A stretch of 64,000 bases of DNA from a bacterium (GTDB lineage: Bacteria; RBG-13-61-14; DATKZS01), in NCBI GenBank assembly GCA_963674965.2, contig CAXXFL010000001.1:800001-864000 (forward strand), written 5' to 3'. The translations under genes and the position numbers were made by a program. Below are positions 23,201 to 32,026 of this stretch, in pieces. The notes below the pieces were generated by a model. It made no database searches and was not told where the DNA came from. It saw only the letters and a program-made list of their open reading frames with translations. Within the stretch, counting starts at the first letter, position 1. The number at the start of each line of letters is the position of its first letter.

Positions 23201-24808
23201 ATGAGCCGACTCAACCTTCTCGAAGCCCTTACCGACAATATAGTCATCGATCCCGCCAAGTGCATTTTCTGCGGCGAGTGCGTCGAGGTCTGCGTCCTGG
23301 ACAACCTCCGCATGAAGCTCGCGCCCTGCCGCGCCGCCTGCCCCCTCGGGGTCAACTGCCAGGGGTACGTCCAACTGGTCAACAGGGGAGAAGACGCCAA
23401 GGCCCTGGCCGAGCTGATGAAGGTCCTGCCCTTTCCCGGGACCTTGTCCCGCGTGTGCACGGCCCCCTGCGAGAACGCCTGCCACCGCAAGGAGCGGACC
23501 GGCGAGGCCGTTTCCATTCGGGGAATAAAAAGGTACCTGGCCGATTTGGACGACTTCATCGAGAGGCCTTTGCCCGAGATGGCGGAGGCATCGGGCCAGT
23601 CCGTCGCCATTATCGGTTCCGGACCGGCCGGCATGATGGCGACTTACGATCTGAGAAGAAAAGGGCACGCGGTCACCGTCATCGAGGCCGAAAGAGAGGC
23701 GGGAGGAATGCTCAGGTGGGCCATCCCGGCCTTTAACCTGCCCGCCAAGGTCGTGGCCGCCGAGATCGAAAGCCTCCAACAAATGGGCGCGTCCTTTCAG
23801 CTCGGGACCAGGGTGGGCAAGGACCTCACCCTCGAGGAAATAAAAGACCGGCACGACGCGGTTATCGTGGCCGTCGGGTGCGGCGGACACCTGAAGCTGA
23901 ACCTCGAGGGCGAAGACCTTGGCGGCGTGTATCACGGGCTGCCCTTTTTGCGGGACGTGAGGGCGGGAAAGCCGCCTCAAATGGGCGGCAAGGTCGTGGT
24001 CATAGGAGGCGGCAACGCCGCCGTGGACGCGGCCCGGACGGCCCTTCGGCTGGGGGCCGACTCGGTTACGCTCGTGTCCCTGGAAAACGAGGACGAGTTG
24101 CCGGCTTTCGCTGAGACGGTCGATATAGCCCGCGAAGAAGGCGTTGTCCTCGAGCACTCGTGGGGGACCCTCGAAATAGCCGGCAAAAACGGCAAGGCCG
24201 TAGCGGTACGTCTGCAAAGGTGTCTTTGCGTCTTTGACGGGGAGGGAAAGTTCAATCCTTCATTCGACGCCTGCCAGATAATGGACCTTCCGGCCGACCA
24301 GGTTATCGTGGCCATTGGCCAGCGACGCGACGCGTCCTGCCTCGAGGGCATGGGGATCGAGCCGGCCGAGGCCGATCCCGTGACCAAAGCCACTTCCGAT
24401 GAAAAGGTCTTCCTCGCGGGCGACTTTATCGGCGGACCGTCCTCGATTATCGAGGCCATGGCCTCGGGACGCGCCGCCGCCGAGTCGGTGGACCTGTTCC
24501 TGAAAGGGGAACACCTGAAATACGGGCGCTCCTATCCCGGTCCCATCGAGCTCGAGTTCGAGATCGACGAGTCGCGAGGATCGGGCCTTTCCCGAATCAA
24601 GCCCAAGCACAAAATTTGCAAAGGGAAAGGCGACTTCAAGGAAACGGCCGCGGCCATGACCACGAAGCAGGCCAGGGACGAGGCCTCCCGCTGCTACTCG
24701 TGCGGTTCACCCTTCGGCAAGTACCGCACCTGCTGGTTCTGCCTCCCCTGCGAGGTCGAGTGCCCCGAGCAGGCACTATACGTCGAGATCCCTTATTTGC
24801 TGAGGTGA
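23201..24808 (+). CDS. GltD/NfnB-like FAD/NAD(P) oxidoreductase fused to a 2x[4Fe-4S] ferredoxin
   Basis: CIFCGECVEVC; APCRAACP...RVCTAPCENAC; IIGSGPAG; VIGGGNAAVD; EASRCYSC; CWFCLPCEVECP...IPYLLR. Confidence 0.9.
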   Translation: MSRLNLLEALTDNIVIDPAKCIFCGECVEVCVLDNLRMKLAPCRAACPLGVNCQGYVQLVNRGEDAKALAELMKVLPFPGTLSRVCTAPCENACHRKERTGEAVSIRGIKRYLADLDDFIERPLPEMAEASGQSVAIIGSGPAGMMATYDLRRKGHAVTVIEAEREAGGMLRWAIPAFNLPAKVVAAEIESLQQMGASFQLGTRVGKDLTLEEIKDRHDAVIVAVGCGGHLKLNLEGEDLGGVYHGLPFLRDVRAGKPPQMGGKVVVIGGGNAAVDAARTALRLGADSVTLVSLENEDELPAFAETVDIAREEGVVLEHSWGTLEIAGKNGKAVAVRLQRCLCVFDGEGKFNPSFDACQIMDLPADQVIVAIGQRRDASCLEGMGIEPAEADPVTKATSDEKVFLAGDFIGGPSSIIEAMASGRAAAESVDLFLKGEHLKYGRSYPGPIELEFEIDESRGSGLSRIKPKHKICKGKGDFKETAAAMTTKQARDEASRCYSCGSPFGKYRTCWFCLPCEVECPEQALYVEIPYLLR

Positions 24809-24889
24809 TGAAATATTAAAATTAAAGGCGCTTCCATCCAGATAAATATATCGCTTCCATAATTTCAGAGAGGTCTAGCGTCGGCGGTT

Positions 24890-25345
24890 TCAATCCACGT
24901 CCACCTCCTCTTTACATTGTCTGCACCTTTTGGCGCCGCGGAAGAGGGGGTAGCCGCAGCTTGGGCAGTGGTATCTTTTTTCCTCAGCCTTGACCCAGGC
25001 CTCGGTCCCCATCTCGCGCCACTCGGGAATGGCCCGGAGCATGACCCTCTTGCCCACGGGCATGGGAAACTTCCGGATATGCTCGCAAGGGAAGTCGTCG
25101 CACTGGTGACATCCCTCGATGCCCTTGGCCTGGACGCAGCTCTTGATGGCGCAGACCTTGCAGAAGCCGAAGACGTCGTCCGACAGGCAGCCCTTGCAAT
25201 GAAGGTCCTCGGGCCTGGTACCGTACACCGTGCAAAGACGCTCCTTGAATTTCTCGTTGCCGTCCCTGTCCGCGATCAGGATTCCGCAGACGCCGCAATA
25301 GAGCCCGCATGGAGCGAGCAGGTCTTTATTAATCGTCATATCCAT
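24890..25345 (-). CDS. DUF3795 Cys-rich protein with C-terminal Zn ribbon
   Basis: APCGLYCGVC, CKGC, CAIKSC, GCHQCDDFPC; CPSCG...CRQC. Confidence 0.85.
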   Translation of the reverse strand: MDMTINKDLLAPCGLYCGVCGILIADRDGNEKFKERLCTVYGTRPEDLHCKGCLSDDVFGFCKVCAIKSCVQAKGIEGCHQCDDFPCEHIRKFPMPVGKRVMLRAIPEWREMGTEAWVKAEEKRYHCPSCGYPLFRGAKRCRQCKEEVDVD

Positions 25346-25362
25346 CTCCTTGTCCGAAAGCT

Positions 25363-26910
25363 CTACGATTGTTTGACCAGCCAGAACGAGGGCCGGGACT
25401 TCTCCCCATCCCCCGGCGCCTCGCCCGGCGTTAGTGAATTCACGGAGCAGCCCAGCCCGCGGAGCACGGCCTCGAGCCGATCATGGGCCGCTCCTTCCCC
25501 GGGACCCACCACGATCACGCGCATATTCAGGCCCAGGCCCACCGCCGTCTGCAGTTCCTGAAGGTGTCTTAATAGCGCGTCCCTGTCCGTGACCAGGGTG
25601 GTCCGGTAGCCCGGAGAGGCCAGCCGAGCGCCGATGGCAAAGGGAAGGCCCGGCCCGGACAGGTACTTTCCGTTCATGATATGCAGACCCTTGTTGGCGG
25701 ACGCGCTGAAAAAGGCGCCGGCCATGGCCCGAGGCTCCACTCCGTCAACAACTATCCTGTCTTTGTTTGTAAAGGAGTCGGCAAGACCCTCAAACAGGCG
25801 CGCGTGCTTGGGGTCCGCCGCTGTTATTTTTTCGCGGGCCGATTTTCCCGCCCCCTTTACCTTGTTCATCCAGTCGGGCCAGGACGCCTCTTGCAAGTCG
25901 ATTTCATCGAGAAAGGAAATAGGGTCGGCGTTAACGCGGACGCCGGCTGGGATGAGTCCGTTCAAGGCGGATGGATCCAGCTCGACCTGCACGATATCTC
26001 CGGAAAAGGCGCCCATTGATTCGATCAGGTCCATGATCTCGGGGTCCACGCCGATCACCAGCAAGAGGTCGGCCTCGGCCAGGATTGCCATGCCGTCCTC
26101 ATCGCCGGCATAGGTGGCGATCAAGCCGCAATAGGCCGGGTCGGCGCCGCTCATGGCGGCGGAACTGGTGATGGACGCCAGAGCGGGCAGGCCCAGCCGG
26201 TTAAGCCGGTCCCGAAGTTTCTCATGCCGGCCAGGCCTTCCCATGCCCTGACCGATCAAGGCGACGGGCCTTTGGGCGGCCGCGATCGATCGCGATCCCG
26301 CCTCGACCTTTTCCTTTTCTCCGGGCACGCCTCCGCGGGACCTGGTGTTCCTGGCCGGCGGCGTTATTTTGGCCGCCTTTTCCTGCGTCAGCTTTCCCGT
26401 CTTGAACAGGACGTCCACGGGGACGTCCAGGTGGACGGGACCGGGCGCGTCGGCCAGGGCCTCGCGCAGGGCCCGGTTTATCATCTGAGGGACCCGGTCC
26501 CAATGATAGACGATGGCGTGCCACTTGGTGATGGGCGCGAAGATTTCGTCCTGGTTGCATCCCTGCAGGTTCTCCTGGTGCGGCTTCATCTTCCAGCTTT
26601 GCACCTGAGGAGCGACGGATATGACGGGCAGATAGTTGAACCATGCGTCCATCAGGCCCGCCACCTCGTAAACCACGCCCGCGCCCACCGTGCACATCGA
26701 GACGGCCGGAACGCCCGAGGCCGCCGCGTAGCCGCTCGCCATGATGGGGACCGCCGTCTCGTTCCTGAGCGTGACCAGCTCGAGATCCGGACGCTCGCTA
26801 ACCGCGTCGTAGACCGAGCACATCTGCCCTCCGATGATGGAGAAGACGTAACGCGCGCCCTGGTCCGCCAGGGCCTTAACCAATAACTCGCCTCCCGTCA
26901 GCCTGGCCAT
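25363..26910 (-). CDS. ThDP-enzyme-family protein with near-canonical PYR domain and degenerate diphosphate-binding domain
   Basis: LTGGELLV, RNETA, GPVHLDVP present; GDG replaced by TDRD and no NN motif. Confidence 0.85.
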   Translation of the reverse strand: MARLTGGELLVKALADQGARYVFSIIGGQMCSVYDAVSERPDLELVTLRNETAVPIMASGYAAASGVPAVSMCTVGAGVVYEVAGLMDAWFNYLPVISVAPQVQSWKMKPHQENLQGCNQDEIFAPITKWHAIVYHWDRVPQMINRALREALADAPGPVHLDVPVDVLFKTGKLTQEKAAKITPPARNTRSRGGVPGEKEKVEAGSRSIAAAQRPVALIGQGMGRPGRHEKLRDRLNRLGLPALASITSSAAMSGADPAYCGLIATYAGDEDGMAILAEADLLLVIGVDPEIMDLIESMGAFSGDIVQVELDPSALNGLIPAGVRVNADPISFLDEIDLQEASWPDWMNKVKGAGKSAREKITAADPKHARLFEGLADSFTNKDRIVVDGVEPRAMAGAFFSASANKGLHIMNGKYLSGPGLPFAIGARLASPGYRTTLVTDRDALLRHLQELQTAVGLGLNMRVIVVGPGEGAAHDRLEAVLRGLGCSVNSLTPGEAPGDGEKSRPSFWLVKQS

Positions 26911-26920
26911 GCCCGCCTCC

Positions 26921-28756
26921 TCATCCCTGGATAAAGCTTCTGTAGATGTAGCCGCCGCGCTCGACCGCTCGATGGAACCCGTCGGACCGGCTCTTCCAGG
27001 TCCCGGCCATAACGTTCAGCGGACTAAGCTCGACCCCGTCGAACTCGACCAGGGCGAAGGATATGATCGCGTCTGGATAGTTGGTCTTGTCGGTGATCAC
27101 GTTGAGAAGGGCCGGCTTGCCCGATTTGGCGGCCCTGTCGTAGGCGGGCACTATATCGTCCGCTTTTGTTACCGTCTCCGAGTAAAAGCCGAAGCCCCTG
27201 GCTATACCCGCGTAGTCGATCTCGGGCAGGTCGGTCCCGACGTAATTGCAGGCGTACATCGAGGTCTGGGCGCAGCGGATCATGTTCCAGGCCGAGTCGT
27301 TGTTGATCACGATGATGATGGGAAGTCCCCGTTCGGCGATGGTCTCGAGTTCCTGCACGTTATAAAGCATGCTGCCGTCGCCCGTGCAGAGCATGACCCG
27401 CCGGTCCGGGTTGGCCAGTTGCATGCCCACGGCCGCCGGCACGCCCGCCCCGAGGGCCGCCATTCCGAAGGGGAAATACATCTGTCCGGGCTCGAGACTG
27501 GGCGCGTACATGGCCGCGTAAAGGGCCGTGTTGCCGCCGTCGATCACCATGAGCACCTTATCCGCGAGGACCCTCTCGCCCAGGGCGTGAGCCAGCCGGC
27601 CCTGGTGGATTTGAGGCCAATCCCGGTAGGCTTCCTTTAACAGCCGCGCCCTCCTGGCCTTTTTCATGGATACAAGTTTCTCCCTCCAATCCTTCCAGGC
27701 GGAAGGCGGTGTGAAACCCCGCCGGTCCATTTCCTCCCCAAGCTGGGTCAAGAAGGTCCTAACGTCCGCCCTGACCGGCACGCTCGGGCTGACGTTAAGC
27801 CCGATCTGGAGAGGGTCCGTATCCACGTGTATGAACTTGATCTTGCCCGACCAAAGCGGCGGAAGCCCGAAGCCCTCGAGCCCGCCAAAGGCCGTGCCCA
27901 GGGCCAGCACAAGGTCGGCCTTGCGGATGGCTCGGTGGAAGACCTCCCCCGCCGCGTAGCTGGGACCGCCTATGTAACACTCGTGTTCCGAGGATATACA
28001 ACCCATGCCCGCCATGGTGTGAGTCACGGGAATCCCGGACCTGGAAAGAAAAGACGCCAGCTCTTCCTCGGCCTCGGATCGCTTCGAGCCGGCGCCGCAA
28101 AAACATAAAGGCCGCTTTGCCTTGGCCAGGAGGTCCATCGCCTCCCTTACCGCGTCCGGCTCGGCCCTCATGCGGGGGGGCTTGAACGCGGGGGGCGTCA
28201 GCCGGGAGAGGAGCGAGGCGGGGTCCGTCTCGGCCGCCTCGGAAAGGAGTCTCTCCGGCACGTCGATATGGACCGGACCGGTCCGTCCCGTCACGCTCTC
28301 GGCCGCTCCCCTGGCCAGGAGACGAGGAATATCCTCGGCCGTCTCGGCCCGGGCGCTCCATTTTGTGACCGGCTTGAAGACCGCCGTCTGGTCGAACCTT
28401 CGCCTGTCCACCCCCTTGTTGGCGTCGGGAAGACGGCCGTCGCAAAGGGAGATCGAGATAAGCGGAATCTTGTCGGCCCAGGCGTTGGTCACCGCGCTCA
28501 CCTGCGCCAGCGAGCGGCCGCCCGAGCCGGTGACCACCGCGCTTAAGGCCCTCGAGCTATAGGTATAGGCGTTAGCCATGGCTGCCGCGGCGGTCTCGTC
28601 CCTGGCCTTGACCAGCTGGAGGTCGTCGCCCGAGGCCGAGTCGATGACCTGGCCCAGGCGTCCGGTCCGGTTGTCGTCCACCGTAAAAACGTGGTCCACC
28701 CCCAGGTGAAGCAGGGTCTGTAAGACCAGTTCCGCTCCGATTACGGGTCCACCCAT
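26921..28756 (-). CDS. ThDP-enzyme-family protein with intact diphosphate-binding domain and altered PYR domain
   Basis: GDGSMLY...INNDSAWNMI intact; GPVHIDVP; N-terminal loops non-canonical. Confidence 0.9.
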   Translation of the reverse strand: MGGPVIGAELVLQTLLHLGVDHVFTVDDNRTGRLGQVIDSASGDDLQLVKARDETAAAAMANAYTYSSRALSAVVTGSGGRSLAQVSAVTNAWADKIPLISISLCDGRLPDANKGVDRRRFDQTAVFKPVTKWSARAETAEDIPRLLARGAAESVTGRTGPVHIDVPERLLSEAAETDPASLLSRLTPPAFKPPRMRAEPDAVREAMDLLAKAKRPLCFCGAGSKRSEAEEELASFLSRSGIPVTHTMAGMGCISSEHECYIGGPSYAAGEVFHRAIRKADLVLALGTAFGGLEGFGLPPLWSGKIKFIHVDTDPLQIGLNVSPSVPVRADVRTFLTQLGEEMDRRGFTPPSAWKDWREKLVSMKKARRARLLKEAYRDWPQIHQGRLAHALGERVLADKVLMVIDGGNTALYAAMYAPSLEPGQMYFPFGMAALGAGVPAAVGMQLANPDRRVMLCTGDGSMLYNVQELETIAERGLPIIIVINNDSAWNMIRCAQTSMYACNYVGTDLPEIDYAGIARGFGFYSETVTKADDIVPAYDRAAKSGKPALLNVITDKTNYPDAIISFALVEFDGVELSPLNVMAGTWKSRSDGFHRAVERGGYIYRSFIQG

Positions 28757-28789
28757 TTTCCTCTCCTTTCCGGCGGCGGGGTGGCTGGA

Positions 28790-29409
28790 TCAGGCCCCGT
28801 CCATTCCTACTGATTTGATCAACAAGTCTATGGATTCCATGTATTCCTCGAGAGTAAGGTAGTCGTATTCCAAAGAAAGGTTGACGGCCATGCCCACCAC
28901 CAGGCCGACCAGCACCCGGCCGATGCCTTTGACCGGCAGGTGCTCGGGGACCCTTCCCTCCTCCTTGGCCCGCTCGAGGAGCCGGGCGATCAGTTCCATG
29001 ATGGCCTTATCGTAAATCTGGAGCTCGGCCCGCATGTCCGCGTCCCGGGTCATGATGGGTATGAGCATGCACTTGACCAGATGGGGGTACTGGGCGTTGA
29101 TGAAATGATAGTGCAGCTCGACCACCTTGCGTACTCCCTGGTAGGGGTCGTCGTAAAGCTCCATGGTCCTCTCGACCAGGTTGATGGCCAGGCGGCGCGC
29201 CTCCCGGAGAATCTCGATAAAAAGTTCCTTCTTTCCGCTGAAGTGGAGGTATATGGTCGCCTCGCTCACTCCCGCGGCCCTGGCGATCCTGGCGGTGGTC
29301 GCTCCTCGTAACCCTCCTGGGCGAACACGTGGGCGGCCACCTCGAGTATCTGATTTTTCCTGTCCTCGCCGCTCATTCTTTTCGCGGTTTTTTTGATTTT
29401 TTCTGGCAA
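28790..29409 (-). pseudogene. TetR family regulator with a 1-nt deletion frameshift in the helix-turn-helix region
   Basis: RKNQILEVAAHVFAQEGYE continues in another frame as ATTARIARAAGVSEATIYLHFSGKKELF; shift at ~29303-29307; could be a sequencing error. Confidence 0.8.
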
Positions 29410-29452
29410 TATAATTCGGTCCTTTGTCTCGTATTGTTCCCGCATTTTATTT

Positions 29453-29468
29453 GTGAGCAATTACTCAC
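29453..29468. promoter_or_regulatory. Palindromic putative TetR operator GTGAGCAATTACTCAC
   Basis: 14/16 palindrome just downstream of a minus-strand TTGACA (29488-29493) and upstream of the TetR gene. Confidence 0.6.
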
Positions 29469-30448
29469 TAACATAGGGAAAAAAGAATGTCAAGCCAAAA
29501 ATTTGTGATATCGGTCCGTTCATTGCTTATGTCGGCGGTATAACCGATCATTCCAATGGAGCCTCCTCCACCTGGAAAGGCCATATAGCCGCGCTGGTAA
29601 TTCGCGTCCAAGTAGGCTTTTGCTCTAAGGTCCTCCACGCCGCACGCCTCATTCGACTCTTCCGCGCTATAACAACCGCTGTCGGCTATGTCCAGGAAAT
29701 TTATATCATGGAGTTTATAATACCAATTTTGCATTTGTATTCGATCGTTTTCGCTGATGCCATAGGCATAGGGCATGAGCGTGATATCCCTGTCCAGGTA
29801 TTCCAGTCCATGCCAAAGATAACCGTAAGCCGACATAACTGCATTATATTGGCCCCAGTGCCATGGGTTAAGCATGTTGTCGTCATGAAGCACGACTACT
29901 TCCGACGTCGCGTTTCTTTTTATCAGGCTCGCCTTTTTATTTACGTAATTTATCCAGGCCTGGTAATTTGACAAACCTCTTCGTCTTCCTCTTCCATCCC
30001 TGTTGCCGTGAGTATGTTCTTCATCAATCATTATTACATAATCTGGCTCAAAGACGTCCATTGTCGGCTTTATCAATACGTTCTCGAACTCATCGAAAAA
30101 CGTGGGGTCGCTCCATGAAGTTTTACCCTTTAAGTCGTACTCGACAAGGGTCCTTAAGTAATAGTTATAGGATAGGATGAGGGTGCTTCCAGCCTGAATA
30201 TCTCCACCCGGCAGCCGCCTTATGCGGAGGTCGGCCGGGTACTTTTCCGGCTCGGGATCGTATGAATAATCCACTCCCCGACGATAGATCGTGTTTCCAT
30301 TTAGAGATTTAACAATTAGTTTTGACGTTGGGTCATCCGTCTCGATAATGCCCTGGAGTTCGAAACCGCCGTCTTCCCGGCGAAGGAAAGCCGGAGCATA
30401 GAAGCCGAAACCGTCGATTTCAAGGGACAAGCCGTCTGGCGCCTCCAC
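29468..30448 (-). pseudogene. Lower-GC fragment of a glycoside-hydrolase (GH20-like TIM barrel) protein, probably truncated at both ends
   Basis: IDEEH...NRDGR...LHDDNMLNPWH resembles a GH20-like core; no clear start next to the IS; last codons run through the TetR promoter. Confidence 0.45.
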
Positions 30449-30537
30449 GCTTTTAATGATCAGCGTAATTTTCTATTAATTATCGGTCTTTTTTAAAGAT
30501 CGATAGTAATCTGATTTTATTAATAATATAATATCTT

Positions 30538-31971
30538 CTGAACTTTAGAACTTTTCGTCATGGTTTGCACCTATAACCATCAAGCAGCCTCCTTGAGGGG
30601 CGCAATTTCGTCGGGTTTGGGGTCGGAATGGAAACCGGGAGAAATTCGCAAAGCCTTGTAGAAAGCGCGTCGGAGCCTGCCCACCGCCGGCGGCCCGGCG
30701 GGGATCCACCACGGCTCGGCCTCGATCTTTTCCGCGTCCGGGACGCTCAGCGCGAGCATGCCCAACAGGCTGTATGCGACCAGGCACAGGTTGGCGTGCC
30801 GCTTGATCGCGGTGAAGGACCTCTGACGGTAGTCGCCGAACCCGCCGGTGGTCTTCACTTCGCGGAACAACTCCTCGATCTTCCAGCGACCCGAATAAAT
30901 CTCCAGGCCCCGGGCCGGGTCCATTTCGACGTCGGTGGTGAAGAACACGTTCATCTTTTTACCGGAGCGTTGCGGAAAGATGATCACAAGGATGGGCCTG
31001 TCTCCGAGGGTGACGCTGGGGATCATGACCGACACGAAGGCCTCGACGGTCACGGTCTTGCCGTAAATACTGGCCTTGATCTTTTCGCGCTTCGATCTTT
31101 TCAACCACAGTTGTTGGGGGCTGAACTTCTTGCCGCGCTTGGGCGGCCTTCCCGGACCATTCTTCCTTTTGGGCAATTCGTAAAGGGCGGCGTTGGAGCG
31201 GAGGCGGCTGATCAGGACCACCTCTTTGCCGTCGAACTCGAGACCGGCCAGCTTGGCCTCGGCGTAGAGGTTGTCCACCACCAGGACCAGTCTTCGAGCG
31301 GGCCAGGAGAGTCTCTTTATCATCATGGCGGCCAACTCGATCTTGGTTTTGAACTCCCATCCCTTCTCGCAAGCCTTTTGCGGCACGAACAAGAGCGCCG
31401 AGAGCGGGAAGGCGAACCACTTGCCCCCGCGCTCCCAAAGCAGCGCCATCGCCACCCAGCAGTGTCCGAGCACGCGTCGCTTTTGATGGCCGGGGTTCTT
31501 GTCCGTCGGGTCCGGGTAGTAGCCAAGTCCGAAGAACTTCTTGCCCCATTTCTTGACCAGGGCGTCGTCGATGGCGACGACGATCTCGTCCATGATTTCG
31601 AGGCGTTCGGACAAAAGGTCGAGCAGGGTCTGGGATACTTGCTTGCACGACCACCGGCCCTTGCGAAGGAATGCGTAAGGCGTGGTCCAGTGCATGATGG
31701 CGTGGACCTGGGTGAGGCGCATGACCTCGGTGACGCGGTGCTGGAGACCGAACAGCGCCGCGTGGGCAATGATGAAGGTCTGGAAGTGCTCGAAACCCGG
31801 CCCGGTGAAACAGTTGACAAACACGAGCAAGAGCGGCAACATAAAAGCCTGAGCGTTCATCGGCATTCACTCCCGCGTAATGACCAAGCCACACACTTAT
31901 CATTATACGGGAAAAACTGATGAACGCTATTTTTGTTTGGCTGAACATGGTCAAAAAGTTCTAAAGTTCAG
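30538..31971. mobile_element. IS701-like insertion sequence (1434 bp)
   Basis: Perfect 18-bp terminal inverted repeats CTGAACTTTAGAACTTTT (30538-30555 and 31954-31971) around a DDE transposase; no target duplication seen. Confidence 0.9.
30580..31866 (-). CDS. IS701-like DDE transposase
   Basis: AIDD...KWGKK, GHCWV, VVDNLY, ISRLRSNAALY, YSGRWKIEELFREVK. Confidence 0.92.
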   Translation of the reverse strand: MPMNAQAFMLPLLLVFVNCFTGPGFEHFQTFIIAHAALFGLQHRVTEVMRLTQVHAIMHWTTPYAFLRKGRWSCKQVSQTLLDLLSERLEIMDEIVVAIDDALVKKWGKKFFGLGYYPDPTDKNPGHQKRRVLGHCWVAMALLWERGGKWFAFPLSALLFVPQKACEKGWEFKTKIELAAMMIKRLSWPARRLVLVVDNLYAEAKLAGLEFDGKEVVLISRLRSNAALYELPKRKNGPGRPPKRGKKFSPQQLWLKRSKREKIKASIYGKTVTVEAFVSVMIPSVTLGDRPILVIIFPQRSGKKMNVFFTTDVEMDPARGLEIYSGRWKIEELFREVKTTGGFGDYRQRSFTAIKRHANLCLVAYSLLGMLALSVPDAEKIEAEPWWIPAGPPAVGRLRRAFYKALRISPGFHSDPKPDEIAPLKEAA

Positions 31972-32026
31972 CAATGATAACAGATGGATGAATTGTCTAC
32001 TAATCTCGAAGAAGGGAGATTTAGTC

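Noticed and set aside
30628-31954. 430-aa (+) and 331-aa (-) ORFs overlapping the IS701-like transposase
   Set aside because: Shadow or alternate frames with non-protein-like composition
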